Of a stretch of DNA of 64,000 bases, positions 8,988-18,486 are shown in pieces (position 1 is the first letter of the stretch; each line of letters starts with the position of its first letter). The notes beneath the pieces are model-generated. The model was not told the DNA's origin, searched no databases, and was given only the letters and a program-made list of their open reading frames with translations. The translations under genes were made by a program, and so were the position numbers. The DNA comes from Deferribacterales bacterium (GTDB lineage: Bacteria; Chrysiogenota; Deferribacteres; Deferribacterales; Geovibrionaceae): NCBI GenBank assembly GCA_050251875.1, contig JBFWMA010000005.1:128001-192000 (forward strand), written 5' to 3'.

Positions 8988-11390
8988 CTAGCCAATTAAT
9001 GACAGAGCTAATTGCGGCTGCGAGTTAGCCTGTCCTATCATGGACACTGCCGCCTGACTTAGTATCTGGTTCATGGTGAACTGAGTCATTTCTTTTGCCA
9101 TATCCAGATTCTGTATCCTGCCCAGTGAGCTCGTCAGGTTTTCGCTGGCTGTGCCCAGTCCGGCTATGGTATATTCCAGACGGCTGATCTGCGCCCCTAC
9201 GTCCGCTCTTATGCTGGATACTCTGCTGAGCGCTTTGTCTATTATGGTGATAGAGTTCTGCGCCCGCTCCTGATCCACCAGAAAAACTTCGTCCAGCCCC
9301 AGCCCGTCAGAATCTGTCTGACCGATGCTGATATCGGCGGTCTGCCCCTCGTATGCGCCTATCTGCAAGATAGTCGAGTTGTCCACCAGATGGAGAAAAA
9401 CTTCCTCGTCTCCGCCGGAGCTGAACCGCATCTCTTTCTGTGTATCGTCCCATGATATGTCCAGACCTATGGAGCTGTCTATCTCCACGTCAATTCCGGC
9501 TATCACGTCTTTCAGTTTATAATCGTTTACCGTGTCCGACCCCACCAGACTTCCTGTGTGGGCATCATATACGTCTATGCTCAGGGCGCTGTTAGAGCCC
9601 TCCTGAAGGGTAGCCAGCGACAGAGCGTTTATCAGCTCCTCGTCACCTGCGAAGGTGAGCATGCCGTCCAGCCCCAGCTTTGCCGTCTGTATTATAAATG
9701 TGCCTTCCAGAGCCTCATTGGTGTATTCCGTGGCTGACCCGACAAAATTAACGAGGTTGTTGTTCACATCAGAGACGTTTTCGCTGGTGCCTGTGTCCAC
9801 ACCCATAGCCAGCCCGTCAACTATGGCGTTCTGGAGCTTCTGCTCGAAATCGGAAATGGTGTCGTCCCCCTCCAGATAGATGGTGGCGGATCTGCCGTTG
9901 CCGTATATTGTCAGCGACTGGGTCTGGTCGAACAGGTTTCTGCCGTCATCTGTAACGAAGCGGGATATATCCTTCAGCTTGGTGGATGTGGTCGCCGCCT
10001 CTCCGGCTCCGTTCACGTCCAGATGGAACGAACCCGTGGTCGTCAGACCGTTGTTGTCCGTATAGTTATTTGTAGCCTCTTTAAAATTGAGCGACATCGA
10101 TCCTATGTTCAGACTTCCGGTCTCCTCGTCCATGGTGGAGTAATAGACCGTCACGCCGTTGAAATCGATATCTGTGTCGCCGTCATCTTTCAGCGTCAGT
10201 GTGTTTGTTCCCGTGAAATATATTGTCGGTCCCGCCTGTCCGGACGCCCCGCCGGATATCCGTACGGTTCCTCCGCCGGACGATGATATGTCCGCCGCCG
10301 CTGAATAGTCTTCGTTAACGGTGAGCAGAACCTTGTCGCCGTTCTGTATCCTGCCTCCGGTACCCAGAACAACGTCAAAGGTCAGATCCAGTGTTCCTCC
10401 CTCCGCTTCCATTCCGGACGCCGACACCAGAGCTGTATCGCCTGTGAGGGTTACCGTGGCTGTCTGCCAGTTTCCCACATGACCCGATTTAGCGTCAATA
10501 TATCTGAAAGACGCCCCCTGAACAGTGGTGGTGGCGGATGTCACCTCGCTGGAAAACTGCACCTCCACATACCCGGATGAAGTTACATCCGGTGTTGAGA
10601 ATGTCACCGAGGATGCGGAGGTGTCCAGAGAGAACATAGAGCCTTTCTGGAGATATGAAGCCGTAACGGACGCTGACGCCGCCGAAACAGCGGAATCGCC
10701 CCCTATGGTTACTGTATAATAACTGGTGCCTGTGGATTCTATGGTTTTCAGATCGGATACCGACACGACATTGGTGGAGTTCTCCGTGCCTCCCGCTGTG
10801 GTGATCTGCCCGCCCAGAGAGTCCTCTGACAGGGTCATCACATCGGTTTTATAGACATAGTTGTCCCCTGCTTCCACGGATATATTCATCCTGTAGTTGC
10901 CTTCCGCTACTTTGCCTTTGATATTGACGTTTATGTCCGTGCTGGCGGAAGACCAGAGGGCGGATGAGTTTCCGTTGAGCAGTTTTCGGGTGTTGAATTC
11001 GGTGGATTCAGCGATATGGTCTATTTCATCATTGAGCTGGTCGATCTCTTTCTGGATCTCTTCTCTGTCTGTGGATGTGTAGATTCCGTTGGAAGCCTGC
11101 ACAGCCAGCTCACGCATTCTCTGCGCCAGAGACTGTATGGATTCAAGCCCGCCTTCCGCTGTCTGGAGGAGAGATATACCGTCCTGAGCGTTCATGGACG
11201 CCCGGTTGATACCCCTTATCTGAGATTTCAGTTTTTCGGATATTGCCATGCCGGATGCGTCATCCGCGGCGCTGTTTATTCGCAAACCGGAGGATAACTT
11301 GCTTATATTCTTGGTTATTTTTGCGCTGGCGCTGGCAGCGTAATTTTGGGCGATAATCGACGATATATTTGTCGACACACTGATTGCCAT
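8988..11390 (-). CDS. fliC: Flagellin (800 aa, large central domain)
   Basis: LSSGLRINSAADDASG, QRMRELAVQ, C-terminal RADVGAQISRLE...DMAKEM...QAN. Confidence 0.95.
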   Translation of the reverse strand: MAISVSTNISSIIAQNYAASASAKITKNISKLSSGLRINSAADDASGMAISEKLKSQIRGINRASMNAQDGISLLQTAEGGLESIQSLAQRMRELAVQASNGIYTSTDREEIQKEIDQLNDEIDHIAESTEFNTRKLLNGNSSALWSSASTDINVNIKGKVAEGNYRMNISVEAGDNYVYKTDVMTLSEDSLGGQITTAGGTENSTNVVSVSDLKTIESTGTSYYTVTIGGDSAVSAASASVTASYLQKGSMFSLDTSASSVTFSTPDVTSSGYVEVQFSSEVTSATTTVQGASFRYIDAKSGHVGNWQTATVTLTGDTALVSASGMEAEGGTLDLTFDVVLGTGGRIQNGDKVLLTVNEDYSAAADISSSGGGTVRISGGASGQAGPTIYFTGTNTLTLKDDGDTDIDFNGVTVYYSTMDEETGSLNIGSMSLNFKEATNNYTDNNGLTTTGSFHLDVNGAGEAATTSTKLKDISRFVTDDGRNLFDQTQSLTIYGNGRSATIYLEGDDTISDFEQKLQNAIVDGLAMGVDTGTSENVSDVNNNLVNFVGSATEYTNEALEGTFIIQTAKLGLDGMLTFAGDEELINALSLATLQEGSNSALSIDVYDAHTGSLVGSDTVNDYKLKDVIAGIDVEIDSSIGLDISWDDTQKEMRFSSGGDEEVFLHLVDNSTILQIGAYEGQTADISIGQTDSDGLGLDEVFLVDQERAQNSITIIDKALSRVSSIRADVGAQISRLEYTIAGLGTASENLTSSLGRIQNLDMAKEMTQFTMNQILSQAAVSMIGQANSQPQLALSLIG

Positions 11391-11393
11391 TTC

Positions 11394-11500
11394 ATTACCT
11401 CCGTGTAACTACTGACCGACTTCCGTGTCGGCAGACTATACGGCAAAACTGTATTGTCAAAAAAAAAGACCGATGCTTCTTCCATTGAAGTCATCGGTCT
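11394..11500 (-). promoter_or_regulatory. Flagellin 5' leader with three ANGGA-loop hairpins (CsrA-type sites), one terminator-like
   Basis: AGACCGATG...ATGGA...CATCGGTCT plus T-tract; CCGAC-ACGGAA-GTCGG; TTAC-ACGGAG-GTAA overlapping SD. Confidence 0.65.
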
Positions 11501-11535
11501 GAATGTTTCAGTACCTTATTCTTAAGTTATAAACA

Positions 11536-11563
11536 TTATCGGTTGTGATGAGGTAAAACTTGA
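11536..11563 (-). promoter_or_regulatory. sigma28 (FliA) promoter
   Basis: TCAAGTTT-N12-ACCGATAA upstream of flagellin. Confidence 0.7.
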
Positions 11564-11599
11564 TAGGAAAAAGAGGATATGATGTGAATTTTTTGAAAT

Positions 11600-11625
11600 A
11601 AAAAAGCGGCTTATTCAGCCGCCTT
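11600..11625 (-). terminator. Intrinsic terminator after DUF134 gene
   Basis: GCGGCT-gaata-AGCCGC followed by T6. Confidence 0.75.
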
Positions 11626-11629
11626 AAAA

Positions 11630-12013
11630 TTATTCTGCTCCCACTGTTGATGGGCAGTTATGTCTGCGTCTTTCCATGCGGCTGTCTGGCAGTCCCTCTT
11701 TGCACATGTGGCACCCGCGCTCCTGAAAGTGGACATTGCCGCCGGCAATGCACAGCTCTGTTCCTTCTATGAGGAAAGTAGCGATCTTAACTCTCGCTTT
11801 TTCCACCAGACGGGAAAAAGTGGGGCGTGAAATATTCATCAGAACAGATGCGTCCTCGTGGGAAAGTCCTTCGTAGTCGGCAAGTCTTACCGCTTCGTAT
11901 TCATCCAGTGTCAGGTTTACCGCTTTCAGTTTTTTGGCGGGAATTCCTCTGGGTTTGAAGTTGCATATCTCAGGCTGTACGCCTATGATCCTTGGTTTCG
12001 ATGGTCTGGGCAT
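11630..12013 (-). CDS. DUF134 domain putative DNA-binding protein
   Basis: MPRP..., FKPRG, LTLDEYEAVRLADYEGL, MNISRPTF, CxxC tail. Confidence 0.88.
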   Translation of the reverse strand: MPRPSKPRIIGVQPEICNFKPRGIPAKKLKAVNLTLDEYEAVRLADYEGLSHEDASVLMNISRPTFSRLVEKARVKIATFLIEGTELCIAGGNVHFQERGCHMCKEGLPDSRMERRRHNCPSTVGAE

Positions 12014-12156
12014 TATCTCCTCCGAACTTAATAAAAATGTTTATGCCTTGAAAATAAAATACAATGGTTAGTATTTATGCACATAAGTTAGCAGTTACTT
12101 TAAAAAATTGCCAGAGGAAAATGACTAAAATAGTCTACATTCATATATCCGCTTAT

Positions 12157-12780
12157 TCATATAATTTCATTGAAATCAATGGTTTGGATGCGGTATGATC
12201 TGGGGCGGACAACAGCTTTGGGATTTTTGTATCCCACTGCTATGAGCATAACAGGTTCATATTTTTCATTAATAGCGAATTTCTTCGTGAGATCAGCCTC
12301 CACGAATCCGCCCATGGGGTGGGATTCCAGCCCGTATGCCTGCGCCGCGTACATTATATTCATAGCGAACAGAGTTGTGCTGATTATCGCTTTCTTTGTT
12401 CTCACCGCAGACCCTTTCTCTCCGTGTCCGTTTTTTGCCATGTTGATATATCCGGCTTTGGTCTCGTCAGTGAGAAGCCCCAGACTCACCTGTCCGTCAG
12501 CTATCCCGTCCAGATTGTCTTCGATAAATTCCTTATCAGCCAGAACGATATATACGCATGAAGCCTCTGTCACCTTCGGCTGGTTGAACGAAACGGATTT
12601 CAAAAGCTCCTTCTTCTCAGGGCTCAGAACAGTGATAACTTTCCATGGCTGAAGATTCATGGAAGAGGGGGCTAGCGCCGCCAGAGTAAGGATATTTTCC
12701 GCTGTTTCTTTAGATATGCTTTTGTCAGGGTCGAAAAAATTGATGGAGCGTCTGTGTTCGATCGCTTCTTTGATGTTCAT
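12157..12780 (-). CDS. Nitroreductase family protein
   Basis: RRSI, APSSMNLQPW, SHPMGGF, MLIAVGY. Confidence 0.92.
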   Translation of the reverse strand: MNIKEAIEHRRSINFFDPDKSISKETAENILTLAALAPSSMNLQPWKVITVLSPEKKELLKSVSFNQPKVTEASCVYIVLADKEFIEDNLDGIADGQVSLGLLTDETKAGYINMAKNGHGEKGSAVRTKKAIISTTLFAMNIMYAAQAYGLESHPMGGFVEADLTKKFAINEKYEPVMLIAVGYKNPKAVVRPRSYRIQTIDFNEII

Positions 12781-12847
12781 GGTTTCCTCCCGAAATTAAT
12801 ACTCACAGTATTAAAGTTAATTCCGGGAGGTATTTTTTCAAGGCGGG

Positions 12848-13438
12848 TTATTCCGCTGGCATCCCTTTAAATCCCTTAAGCACCACATACATCTCGAAAG
12901 AATTTTTTCTGGTGGCTTCCGGGCGGATATGCTTGCAGAACTCAAAATGCTTTTTCATCTCTTTCACCAGCGCGTCTCTGTCTTCTCCCTCGAAAATTTT
13001 GCAGGCGAAGTTGCCGCCGGGTTTCAGCACAGTCATGGCGAATTTGAAGATTATGCGCACCAGATCCACGGAGTTTACATGGTCCAGCAGTTTAGAACCG
13101 GATGTGTTCGGGGCGGCGTCAGATATCACGGCATCGTATCCGCCGCATACCTCCAGCACCCTGTCCACAGTCTCCTGTGTGGTGATGTCTCCCTGAATGA
13201 AGGTGAATCTGGGGTCGTGAAGTTCGGTCTCCAGCAGGTCAACGCCCACGACACGGGTTTTTGACATCTGTAGAACCACCTGACTCCAGCCGCCGGGAGC
13301 GCATCCCACGTCCAGCACGTTCTGGGTGTTTCTGTATATCTCATATTTTTTGTTAAGTTCTATCAGCTTATAGGCGGCACGGGATTTATATCCCTCCAGC
13401 TTCGCCTTTCTGTAAAACGCGTCCTGTCTGTTGTACAT
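12848..13438 (-). CDS. rlmE: 23S rRNA Um2552 methyltransferase (RlmE/FtsJ)
   Basis: YKSRAAYKL, DVGCAPGGWSQ, SDAAPN, KIFEG, SFEMY. Confidence 0.95.
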   Translation of the reverse strand: MYNRQDAFYRKAKLEGYKSRAAYKLIELNKKYEIYRNTQNVLDVGCAPGGWSQVVLQMSKTRVVGVDLLETELHDPRFTFIQGDITTQETVDRVLEVCGGYDAVISDAAPNTSGSKLLDHVNSVDLVRIIFKFAMTVLKPGGNFACKIFEGEDRDALVKEMKKHFEFCKHIRPEATRKNSFEMYVVLKGFKGMPAE

Positions 13439-13475
13439 CCTTATCCCTCTTTAATTCCACAAATTAGATTATTAA

Positions 13476-13562
13476 GCCTCCCTTTCTGAAGGGAGGTTTG
13501 GAGGGATTTCTTAATATAATCCAAGAAATCCGCCCCGACCCTCCTTTACCAAAGGAGGGGAC
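13476..13562. repeat. REP-like palindromic repeat family A, inverted doublet
   Basis: CCTCCCTTTCTGAAGGGAGG-TTTGGAGGGATTTCTT plus inverted copy; homologous to 15855 and 63672. Confidence 0.85.
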
Positions 13563-13569
13563 AGGTATG

Positions 13570-15096
13570 TTAGTCCATCGGTGTGACTTCGTAGTCGTGT
13601 ATGTGGAAGGTCTCGTTGGGGGTCACTTCCACCTCAATATTCATCATCAGCTCGATTTCGTCCAGACTCTGTTTTTCATCGTCCAGTATCAGATCCACCA
13701 CGTCCGGATGAGCCTCGATATATACTTTTTTATTACGGAAGAAGGGCGCTATCCTGCGCACCTCTCTCAGAATGTCATAGCAGACGGTGAGCTTGCTCTT
13801 CACTATGCCTCTGCCCTCGCAGTAGGGGCACGGCTCGCTGAGTGATCTCGCCAGACTCTCCTGAACCCTTTTTCTGGTGATCTCCACCAGACCGAGCGGA
13901 GAAATGTTCACCACAGAAGCCTTAGCTCTGTCGTTTTTCAGCTCCAGATCCATGGTTTTGAGCACTTTTTGACGGTTCTCTTCCTTCGCCATGTCTATGA
14001 AGTCTACTATGATGATTCCGCCGATATTGCGCAGTCTGAGCTGCCAGGCTATCTCTTTGGCGGCTTCAAGGTTGGTCTTAAGAATAGTCTCTTCAAAGTT
14101 GCGCTTGCCCACGAATTTTCCGGTGTTCACATCCACCACGGTCAGGGCCTCCGCCTGATCGATGACGATGTATCCGCCGGACTTCAGCCAGACCTTTTTG
14201 TCCAGAATCCTTCCGATCTCGATCTCTATATTATAGTAGTCGAAGATCGGGATATCGTTGGTATAGAGGCTGACCTCCATGTGCATGTCGGGCATGTATT
14301 CACGGAGGAATGATTTTATTTTAAGAAAATCAGCTTTGTTATCAATGATTATACGGCTGACATCCGCTGTGGCTGTGTCTCTGAGTATGCGGAAGATGAG
14401 CCCGTGGTCTTCGTAAACCAGACTGGGCGCTTTGGTGGATGTCATCTGTTCTTTTATCTTCGCCCAGAGTCTCTCCAGATAGTCGAGGTCGGCTGTTATC
14501 TCCTCCCTGTCGTGTCCGGCGGACACTGTGCGGGCGATGAGTCCCACGCCGTCTGTTTTGATATCTTTCAGGATATCACGCAGACGCTCACGCTCTTCCT
14601 CTCCCTCTATCTTTCTGGACACTCCCACATGCTCGTATCCGGGCATCAGGACTATGTAGCGTCCGGGGATTGTCAGGTGAGTCGTGAGTCTGGCGCCTTT
14701 TTGTCCTATGGACTCTTTGGCTACCTGCACGATGATCTCCTGACCCTCTTTGAGCATGTCCTCGATGGGCGGAATCTCTTTGGGCTCTGTGGATTCGCCG
14801 TCTATATCGGCTTCGTCCGTGATGCTTCCGTCTATGGATTTTTCCAGAAAGCTGACACGCTCTCCGTTCTCCACATATACGTCAGCGGCGGGCAGAAAAG
14901 CCGCCTTGTTCAGCCCTATATCCACAAAGGCGGACTGGATGCCGGGCAGGACTTTTATGACCTTGCCCTTATAGATATTGCCTGCCACGTTTTTGCTGTG
15001 GGCACGCTCTATCAGTATTTCGGCGGGGTTTCCGTTTTCCAGAACGGCTACCCGTGCCTCGTTCAGTGTTGAATTAACAATAATTTCTTTCGACAT
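13570..15096 (-). CDS. rng: Ribonuclease G (Rne/Rng family)
   Basis: GNIYKGKV, AFVDIG, DVNTG, LRNIGGIIIVDFIDM, CPYC. Confidence 0.95.
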   Translation of the reverse strand: MSKEIIVNSTLNEARVAVLENGNPAEILIERAHSKNVAGNIYKGKVIKVLPGIQSAFVDIGLNKAAFLPAADVYVENGERVSFLEKSIDGSITDEADIDGESTEPKEIPPIEDMLKEGQEIIVQVAKESIGQKGARLTTHLTIPGRYIVLMPGYEHVGVSRKIEGEEERERLRDILKDIKTDGVGLIARTVSAGHDREEITADLDYLERLWAKIKEQMTSTKAPSLVYEDHGLIFRILRDTATADVSRIIIDNKADFLKIKSFLREYMPDMHMEVSLYTNDIPIFDYYNIEIEIGRILDKKVWLKSGGYIVIDQAEALTVVDVNTGKFVGKRNFEETILKTNLEAAKEIAWQLRLRNIGGIIIVDFIDMAKEENRQKVLKTMDLELKNDRAKASVVNISPLGLVEITRKRVQESLARSLSEPCPYCEGRGIVKSKLTVCYDILREVRRIAPFFRNKKVYIEAHPDVVDLILDDEKQSLDEIELMMNIEVEVTPNETFHIHDYEVTPMD

Positions 15097-15114
15097 TTAT
15101 ATTTATTCCGTTGG

Positions 15115-15714
15115 TCAGTCGTGGATCTCTGTGCGCTGCTCCATCGCCTTTAAAAGGGTCAGTTCGTCAGTGTATTCCAGATTGGTGCCTATGGGCACTC
15201 CGCTTGCGATCTTCGTGACCTTGATATTTTTGTTTTTCAGCATTTTGGAAAGATATATCGCCGTTGTCTCACCCTCTATGTCGGGGTTGGTGGCGATGAT
15301 TACTTCCGAGACGCTCTCTTCTTCGGTTCTTTTCAGAAGTTTGTCTATGGTTAGGTCTGACGGACCTATGCCGTCCAGAGGGGATATCCTGCCCCCCAGA
15401 ACATGGTATCTGCCGTGAAAAAATCCTGTATTTTCCAGAACAAAGATATCCTTCGCCTCTTCCACAACGCAGAGCTGACCGTTCAGTCTTCTGGGTTCCT
15501 GACAGATGGAGCAGATCTCCTCTTCCGCCAGATTTCCGCATATTTTGCAGAAAACGGTTTTTTCTTTCAGCTCTATCATGCTTTCGGCGAGGTTTTTTAC
15601 CTGTGCCGCATCAGATTTGAGCAGGTGCAGGGCGAGACGAACCGCGGTCTTCCGACCCACTCCGGGCAGACGTGACAGTTCCCCCACACACCGTTCAAAA
15701 ATACGATTCTTCAT
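15115..15714 (-). CDS. recR: Recombination mediator RecR
   Basis: LPGVGRKTA, C4 Zn finger, YHVLGG, EVIIATNPDIEGE. Confidence 0.97.
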   Translation of the reverse strand: MKNRIFERCVGELSRLPGVGRKTAVRLALHLLKSDAAQVKNLAESMIELKEKTVFCKICGNLAEEEICSICQEPRRLNGQLCVVEEAKDIFVLENTGFFHGRYHVLGGRISPLDGIGPSDLTIDKLLKRTEEESVSEVIIATNPDIEGETTAIYLSKMLKNKNIKVTKIASGVPIGTNLEYTDELTLLKAMEQRTEIHD

Positions 15715-15721
15715 ATAACCT

Positions 15722-15853
15722 CAGCAAAAAAAGTTCGTCCTGAACTTTTTTCGATACCGTTGCGCATCTGCAAAGCAGACGCTCCACTTACACTCCGCAC
15801 GGCTTGCACGGCAAAGCCGGTCAGCCTCCTCCGTGAACCACATCGTGTGGTTT
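15722..15853 (-). repeat. Structured ~130-nt element family B (copy 1)
   Basis: Colinear motifs and hairpins shared with 53043-53170. Confidence 0.6.
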
Positions 15854-15854
15854 T

Positions 15855-15895
15855 ACTCCTCCCTTTGCTCAAAGGGAGGTCGGGTGGGATTTCTT
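15855..15895. repeat. REP-like repeat family A, single unit
   Basis: CCTCCCTTTGCTCAAAGGGAGGTCGGGTGGGATTTCTT. Confidence 0.85.
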
Positions 15896-15902
15896 GGTGG
15901 TT

Positions 15903-16217
15903 TTAAAACATACCGGGAATGTTGAGTCCGAGGTTGCCTGTTACTGCGGACATTTTAGCCTGAACAACTTCCTGGGATTTTTTCAGCCCTTCGTTCACGG
16001 CGGCTGTTATAAGGTCCTGAAGCATGTCCACATCGTTAGGATCAACAACGTCTTTTTCGATGGTGATGGATAAAAGCTCCTGTTTGCCGTTTACTTTCAC
16101 GGTAACCATACCGCCGCCGGCTGTGGCTTCCACAACCTCTTTAGCGGCTTCTGCCTGAGCTTCCTCCATCTTTTTCTGCATTTTCTGAGCCTGTTTCATC
16201 ATCTGCTGAATATTCAT
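15903..16217 (-). CDS. ybaB: YbaB/EbfC nucleoid-associated protein
   Basis: MMKQAQKMQ, AGGGMV, DMLQDLITAAVN; upstream of recR. Confidence 0.96.
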   Translation of the reverse strand: MNIQQMMKQAQKMQKKMEEAQAEAAKEVVEATAGGGMVTVKVNGKQELLSITIEKDVVDPNDVDMLQDLITAAVNEGLKKSQEVVQAKMSAVTGNLGLNIPGMF

Positions 16218-16401
16218 AAATCTATCTCCATATATTTTATAGCCTGTGTAATGTATGAACTAATTATTATGAGGTATTGTCGCCCGTTGTCAACAAACAA
16301 TAGATGATATCAGTATTTTTAGGGTGTGAAAACATCTATTGACAGAGAATTGACACAGGAATAATATGCACGCTTGAATGAACGCTCATATGAGGGAATG
16401 A

Positions 16402-16752
16402 ATGACCGATGATCTTTTTCAGATGTCTGAGTCCTTTGAGGACAGCCTTTCAGAGATGAAAGGCAGGATGCCTTCAGACGCCGGACTTCTGAAGATGGCG
16501 GATATGTTCAAAATTTTGTCTGACCCCACCCGTGTGCGCATACTTTATGCGCTCTCTCTGTCCCAGCTCTGTGTCCAGGATATTTCGGAGCTGGCTCAGG
16601 TTTCTCAGTCCGCTGTTTCGCACCAGCTAAGGATTCTGCGCAACTCAGGTCTGGTTAACTGGACAAAGAGCGGTAAGCAGGTCTTCTACAGTCTGGACAG
16701 CGAAGCCGTCAGAACTCTTATCGAAAAAGCATCGGAACATTCTCTGACCTGA
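16402..16752 (+). CDS. ArsR/SmtB metalloregulator
   Basis: FKILSDPTRVRIL, LCVQDI, SQSAVSHQLRILR. Confidence 0.9.
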   Translation: MTDDLFQMSESFEDSLSEMKGRMPSDAGLLKMADMFKILSDPTRVRILYALSLSQLCVQDISELAQVSQSAVSHQLRILRNSGLVNWTKSGKQVFYSLDSEAVRTLIEKASEHSLT

Positions 16753-16792
16753 ACTGTCCATATAATACATTATACAAACCGGAGACAGAATT

Positions 16793-17920
16793 ATGCAGTT
16801 TTGTAATCTTAAACAGCAGTATACCGAACTTAAAGACGGCATAGACGCCAATATCGCCAAAGTGCTGGAGCACGGGCTCTATATCGGCGGACCCGAAGTG
16901 ACCGAGCTGGAGAAAAAATGCGCCGAATTTGTCGGCGTAAAATATGCCAAAGCGTGCAGCTCCGGCACAGACGCTCTTCTTCTCGCTCTGATGGCTTATG
17001 ATGTTCAGCCGGGGGACTACATCGTAACCACTCCTTTCACATTCATCGCCACAGCCGAGGTTATTTCTCTGGTGAAGGCAGTGCCTCTCTTCGTTGATAT
17101 AGATGAAAAGACATATAATATATGTCCCGATAAACTAAAAAACTTCCTTAAGAATCCCCCTGTGGATTCTAAAAAGATAAAAGGCGTCATCACTGTCGAT
17201 CTTTACGGTCAGTCAGCAGACTATGACGCTATCCGTGACGCTATGAAAGGTCACGACATGTTTCTGATTCAGGACGCCGCCCAGTCTTTCGGCGGAGCGT
17301 ATAAAGGTAAAAACCTCTGCTCACAGGGCGACATAGGCTGTACATCATTTTTCCCCGCAAAACCCTTCGGATGTTACGGAGACGGCGGAATGGTCTTCAC
17401 CAATGACGATAAGCTGGACGAGAGACTCGGATGGCTTAGAAACCACGGACAGAACGTCAGATACAGCCACAAGATAATCGGTATCAACGGACGTCTGGAT
17501 ACCCTTCAGGCGGCTGTGATGCTGGGCAAATTCGACAGATTCGTGGATTATGAAATCAAAAAACGCAACGATGTGGCGCTGGCATATATCAAAGGGCTCA
17601 AGAGCGTGGCAGACAAGGGCAAGATCACTCTTCCCTATATAATGCCCGACTCACGTCATATCTGGGCGCAGTTCACAGTTCTGGCGGAGAACAGAGACGG
17701 GCTGATGGCTCATCTGTCATCCAAAGGAATTCCTTCAGCGATACATTATCCTATTCCGCTTCATCTTCAGGAGGCTTTTGCCGAGTTCAAAGGAAAAGAG
17801 GGCGACTACCCCGTTTCTGAGAAGATCAGCAAAAATGTCATGAGCTTTCCCATGTGCGCCTATAAAACAGACGCGGAGATTGAAGAAGTTTGCGCAGCGG
17901 TGGCAGAGTTTTACGCATAG
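16793..17920 (+). CDS. DegT/DnrJ/EryC1/StrS nucleotide-sugar aminotransferase
   Basis: SSGTDAL, TPFTFIAT, DAAQS, SFFPAKPFGCYGDGG, RLDTLQAA. Confidence 0.93.
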   Translation: MQFCNLKQQYTELKDGIDANIAKVLEHGLYIGGPEVTELEKKCAEFVGVKYAKACSSGTDALLLALMAYDVQPGDYIVTTPFTFIATAEVISLVKAVPLFVDIDEKTYNICPDKLKNFLKNPPVDSKKIKGVITVDLYGQSADYDAIRDAMKGHDMFLIQDAAQSFGGAYKGKNLCSQGDIGCTSFFPAKPFGCYGDGGMVFTNDDKLDERLGWLRNHGQNVRYSHKIIGINGRLDTLQAAVMLGKFDRFVDYEIKKRNDVALAYIKGLKSVADKGKITLPYIMPDSRHIWAQFTVLAENRDGLMAHLSSKGIPSAIHYPIPLHLQEAFAEFKGKEGDYPVSEKISKNVMSFPMCAYKTDAEIEEVCAAVAEFYA

Positions 17921-17985
17921 TAAGCCTTGATTTCAGAGGCTTTCAGGCATGTTGAAAAAACTTTAAAAATTTTTCAATAAAGTGC

Positions 17986-18014
17986 TTGACATATATTGCG
18001 TTAAAAGATAATAT
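17986..18014 (+). promoter_or_regulatory. sigma70 promoter of tRNA-tuf operon
   Basis: TTGACA-N17-TAATAT with upstream AT tracts. Confidence 0.7.
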
Positions 18015-18034
18015 TTGCCTCCGTTTTGAAATAG

Positions 18035-18107
18035 GCTGGTGTAGCTCAATCGGTAGAGCAACTGACTTGTAATCAGTAGGTTGAGGGTTCAAGTCCTTTC
18101 ACCAGCT
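18035..18107 (+). tRNA. tRNA-Thr(TGT)
   Basis: Cloverleaf, CTGAC-TTGTAA-TCAG anticodon arm, GTTCAAG T-loop; no encoded CCA. Confidence 0.96.
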
Positions 18108-18150
18108 TCTCTTTACGGGATCGTGACGGCGCAAGCCGGGCATGTATATA

Positions 18151-18233
18151 GGGGAGATACCCAAGCGGCCAAAGGGGGCAGACTGTAAATCTGTTGTCGG
18201 ATGACTTCGAAGGTTCGAATCCTTCTCTCCCCA
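18151..18233 (+). tRNA. tRNA-Tyr(GTA)
   Basis: GCAGA-CTGTAAA-TCTGT arm, long variable arm, GTTCGAAT. Confidence 0.96.
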
Positions 18234-18249
18234 CTCTTTTTGAAAAAAT

Positions 18250-18323
18250 GCGGGTGTAGCTCAGTTGGCTAGAGCATCAGCCTTCCAAGCTGAGGGTCAC
18301 GGGTTCGAGTCCCGTTACCCGCT
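18250..18323 (+). tRNA. tRNA-Gly(TCC)
   Basis: TCAGC-CTTCCAA-GCTGA arm, GTTCGAG. Confidence 0.96.
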
Positions 18324-18385
18324 TTTTTTTTCTAAAAAGCTGTATGAAAGACGGACGATACCGTTACGTCTGTTTTTTTTTATAT

Positions 18386-18459
18386 GCCCACGTGGCTTAG
18401 TCGGTTAGAGCACGTCCTTGGTAAGGACGAGATCACCGGTTCGATTCCGGTCGTGGGCT
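18386..18459 (+). tRNA. tRNA-Thr(GGT)
   Basis: CGTCC-TTGGTAA-GGACG arm, GTTCGATT. Confidence 0.96.
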
Positions 18460-18486
18460 TATCTTCTTTTTCGGAGGAACAATATT

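Noticed and set aside
8988..11390. Flagellinolysin (protease-bearing flagellin)
   Set aside because: No HExxH motif in the central region
11400..11530. c-di-GMP or other known riboswitch in the flagellin leader
   Set aside because: No GEMM-type consensus seen; the hairpins are better explained by ANGGA loops and a terminator
18418..18486. N-terminal extensions in the ORF track (tuf; likewise secE, nifH, nifA, rsmI, arsR)
   Set aside because: They overlap tRNAs, promoters or upstream genes; downstream starts match the homologous N-termini
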